Shown one piece after another: positions 29,847-32,000 of a stretch of DNA of 32,000 nt. The stretch covers positions 60,001 to 92,000 of the forward strand of contig ACYB01000022.1 in the NCBI GenBank assembly GCA_000175855.1, written 5' to 3'. The translations under genes and the position numbers were made by a program. The notes below the pieces were generated by a model. That model did no database searches. It worked only from the letters and a program-made list of their open reading frames with translations, and had not been told where the DNA came from. Position 1 is the first letter of the stretch. Each line of letters begins with the position of its first letter. The stretch comes from Raphidiopsis brookii D9. GTDB taxonomy: Bacteria; Cyanobacteriota; Cyanobacteriia; Cyanobacteriales; Nostocaceae.

Positions 29847-30389
29847 CTAGTATTTTTGTGCTAATATTTCTCTGGGAATTGATTTCAAAAGTTCAGTATT
29901 GACACCAGATTCGCGAGTGAGAGAAATTTTACCTGTGCGAGCAATTTCCTTCAAACCGAATTTTTGTAAAACCTGAACAATTGCTACCATTTTCCCAGGG
30001 TCTCCTACTACTTCTATGGTAAGAGAATCTTCTGCTACATCAACTACCCTAGCACGGAAAATTTGAGCCAGTTCCACCACTTCGGATCTGTTAGTGCTAT
30101 TGGCATTTACCTTTAAGAGCATCAACTCCCGCTCTACACAGGGAGTTTCTGTAACATCTTGTACCTTTAATACATTAATCAATTTATATAATTGCTTAGT
30201 TATTTGTTCAATTACGCGGTCATCTCCAGGTACCACCATAGTAATGCGGGATATTCCCTCTTGTTCAGCAGGACCAACAGCCAAGCTTTCAATGTTAAAG
30301 CCACGACGCGCAAATAAACTAGCAATGCGAGACAAAACTCCCGCTTCATCTTCTACAAGAACTGAAAGAGTATGTTTCATGTTCGTCAA
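29847..30389 (-). CDS. ilvN: Acetolactate synthase small subunit
   Basis: ACT domain [48 protein letters not shown], 180 aa. Confidence 0.94.
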   Translation of the reverse strand: MTNMKHTLSVLVEDEAGVLSRIASLFARRGFNIESLAVGPAEQEGISRITMVVPGDDRVIEQITKQLYKLINVLKVQDVTETPCVERELMLLKVNANSTNRSEVVELAQIFRARVVDVAEDSLTIEVVGDPGKMVAIVQVLQKFGLKEIARTGKISLTRESGVNTELLKSIPREILAQKY

Positions 30390-30469
30390 AATGGAATGGA
30401 TAACTAATAACAGACCGATTATAGTAGAGATGATAACAAACTACTATAATCGCGGTTCAAATTATTCCG

Positions 30470-30712
30470 ATGGCTAGAAAACAAAAGTTTCCTTATTTAC
30501 TAGGTTCTAAGTGGACAGCTCAACAAAAAGTGGATGGTTGGAGACACTTTCAAGTTGTTAATCGTAAAAATCAAGGTAACTGGGTATATGCGGAAATAGT
30601 AGCTGCATGTGATCCAAAGGTGCGTTTTTGGATAAATGCCAAACTATTACAGGACAATTCCCAATGGCACCCAGGTTGGCAATCTTTAACAGAAATCAAC
30701 AATAAGATGTAG
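30470..30712 (+). CDS. TIGR02450 family Trp-rich protein
   Basis: KQKFPYLLGSKWTAQQKVDGWRHFQVVNRKNQGNWVYAEIVAACDPKVRFWINAKLLQD. Confidence 0.85.
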   Translation: MARKQKFPYLLGSKWTAQQKVDGWRHFQVVNRKNQGNWVYAEIVAACDPKVRFWINAKLLQDNSQWHPGWQSLTEINNKM

Positions 30713-31068
30713 TAGCACTTAGCGATCGCCTTTATCCATAATTCCCAAACAGGAATTATGGGGGATATTATTCTATCTTAATAATAATTTACATAAAAGC
30801 TCAACCTAGTATTAAATCTCCCTAATCCCCATATTTGGGTCTTCCCATCCTACCACTTAGCTGGATTACCCCCCATAATGGCTAATTTGTTTTTTGTAAC
30901 TATTTTATATTAAAAGTAATAAAAACTTGATTTAAGGCTAAATATAGAGATTTTTTAAAATTTAAGGGACATTTAAACCGTAAAAAATCAGTTTTGCTTG
31001 TAAATTCTACATTTAGAGCAGATTTTCGTATTTGATTGCCCTTTGCTTTATAGGGAACTTGCATAATA

Positions 31069-31161
31069 ATGACAATCACAGACCCTAAGAAATTGCCTGG
31101 TAAAAACCCAGGATCTTTGTGGAACCCAAAAGAAAAACTATTGAGAGATGACAAATTATGA
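31069..31161 (+). CDS. Small ORF (30 aa) overlapping the chlL start codon
   Basis: ATG 31069: [33 protein letters not shown] at 31159-31161, overlapping the chlL ATG at 31158 as ATGA. Confidence 0.45.
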   Translation: MTITDPKKLPGKNPGSLWNPKEKLLRDDKL

Positions 31162-32000
31162 AATTAGCAGTTTATGGAAAGGGCGGTATTGGTAAATCTA
31201 CAACCAGCTGTAACATATCCGTGGCCCTTGCCAAACGGGGTAAAAAGGTACTACAAATTGGCTGTGACCCAAAACATGACAGCACTTTTACCCTGACCGG
31301 GTTTTTGATTCCCACCATCATTGACACCCTGCAAGAAAAAGACTATCACTATGAAGATGTGTGGCCAGAGGATGTCATTTACCCTGGATATGGTGGTGTT
31401 GACTGTGTAGAAGCTGGTGGTCCACCCGCAGGTGCAGGATGTGGTGGTTATGTGGTAGGTGAAACTGTCAAACTCTTAAAGGAACTCAATGCTTTTGATG
31501 AGTATGATGTAATTCTATTTGATGTTTTGGGTGATGTGGTTTGTGGTGGTTTTGCTGCACCTCTAAACTATGCTGACTACTGTTTAATTGTCACTGACAA
31601 TGGTTTTGATGCACTCTTTGCTGCTAATCGGATTGCTGCTTCTGTCCGTGAAAAAGCCAGAACTCACCCCTTACGTTTAGCAGGTTTAATCGGTAATCGC
31701 ACCGCGAAACGGGATTTAATCGAGAAGTATGTAGAAGCAGTGCCAATGCCTGTATTAGAGGTATTGCCATTGATTGAAGATATTCGTGTTTCTCGTGTTA
31801 AGGGTAAAACCCTGTTTGAAATGGCAGAATCAGACCCCTCTCTCAATTATGTTTGTGACTATTATTTGAGCATTGCTGACCAAATTTTAGCTCAACCAGA
31901 GGGGGTTGTTCCCAGTGATGCTCCTGATCGGGAATTATTTTCCCTGTTGTCAGATTTCTATTTAAATCCCACTAAACCACAGACTAATAACCAGGAACAA
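31158..32000 (+). CDS. chlL: Light-independent protochlorophyllide reductase iron-sulfur ATP-binding protein (3' end outside window)
   Basis: [48 protein letters not shown]..., [16 protein letters not shown]; open to the window edge. Confidence 0.96.
   Translation, partial: MKLAVYGKGGIGKSTTSCNISVALAKRGKKVLQIGCDPKHDSTFTLTGFLIPTIIDTLQEKDYHYEDVWPEDVIYPGYGGVDCVEAGGPPAGAGCGGYVVGETVKLLKELNAFDEYDVILFDVLGDVVCGGFAAPLNYADYCLIVTDNGFDALFAANRIAASVREKARTHPLRLAGLIGNRTAKRDLIEKYVEAVPMPVLEVLPLIEDIRVSRVKGKTLFEMAESDPSLNYVCDYYLSIADQILAQPEGVVPSDAPDRELFSLLSDFYLNPTKPQTNNQEQ

Noticed and set aside
30900-31154. 84-aa minus-strand ORF upstream of chlL
   Set aside because: Antisense to the chlL leader and small ORF, low complexity, no recognisable domain.
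1-32000. CRISPR array, prophage, transposase, toxin-antitoxin or defence island
   Set aside because: No regularly spaced repeats, integrase, transposase or paired small toxin/antitoxin genes were seen; the lone PD-(D/E)XK-like protein is not sufficient to call a defence system.

Overview
This 32 kb window comes from an oxygenic, probably filamentous cyanobacterium. The evidence is acsF, chlL, an unlisted 39-aa psb30/ycf12 gene, LabA-like, TIGR-type and DUF1995 proteins, and many HIP1 octamers (GCGATCGC). Most of it is ordinary chromosomal housekeeping: lnt (partial), an old-yellow-enzyme reductase, ubiD, hsp20, an orphan type II thioesterase, acsF, phnDCE-type transporter genes without C-P lyase, cysH, an APC permease, recJ, a pair of half-size GDT1/Mn-exporter genes, an LptC-like gene, metG, pepA, ilvN and chlL (partial). 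I found no CRISPR array, tRNA, rRNA, prophage or transposase. No clear multi-gene undescribed system is present. The observations most worth checking are: (1) two genes, an SbcD-like phosphoesterase and the first GDT1-family gene, each broken by exactly one missing T in a T-run, where a -1 slip restores the conserved reading; (2) a 30-aa ORF overlapping the chlL start codon by ATGA; (3) a structured intergenic region after the permease ending in a terminator-like hairpin, a possible small RNA; (4) a zinc-ribbon gene directly upstream of a protein with an internally duplicated winged-helix-like domain; (5) a lone PD-(D/E)XK-like protein. All family names come from sequence recognition by eye, without database searches.
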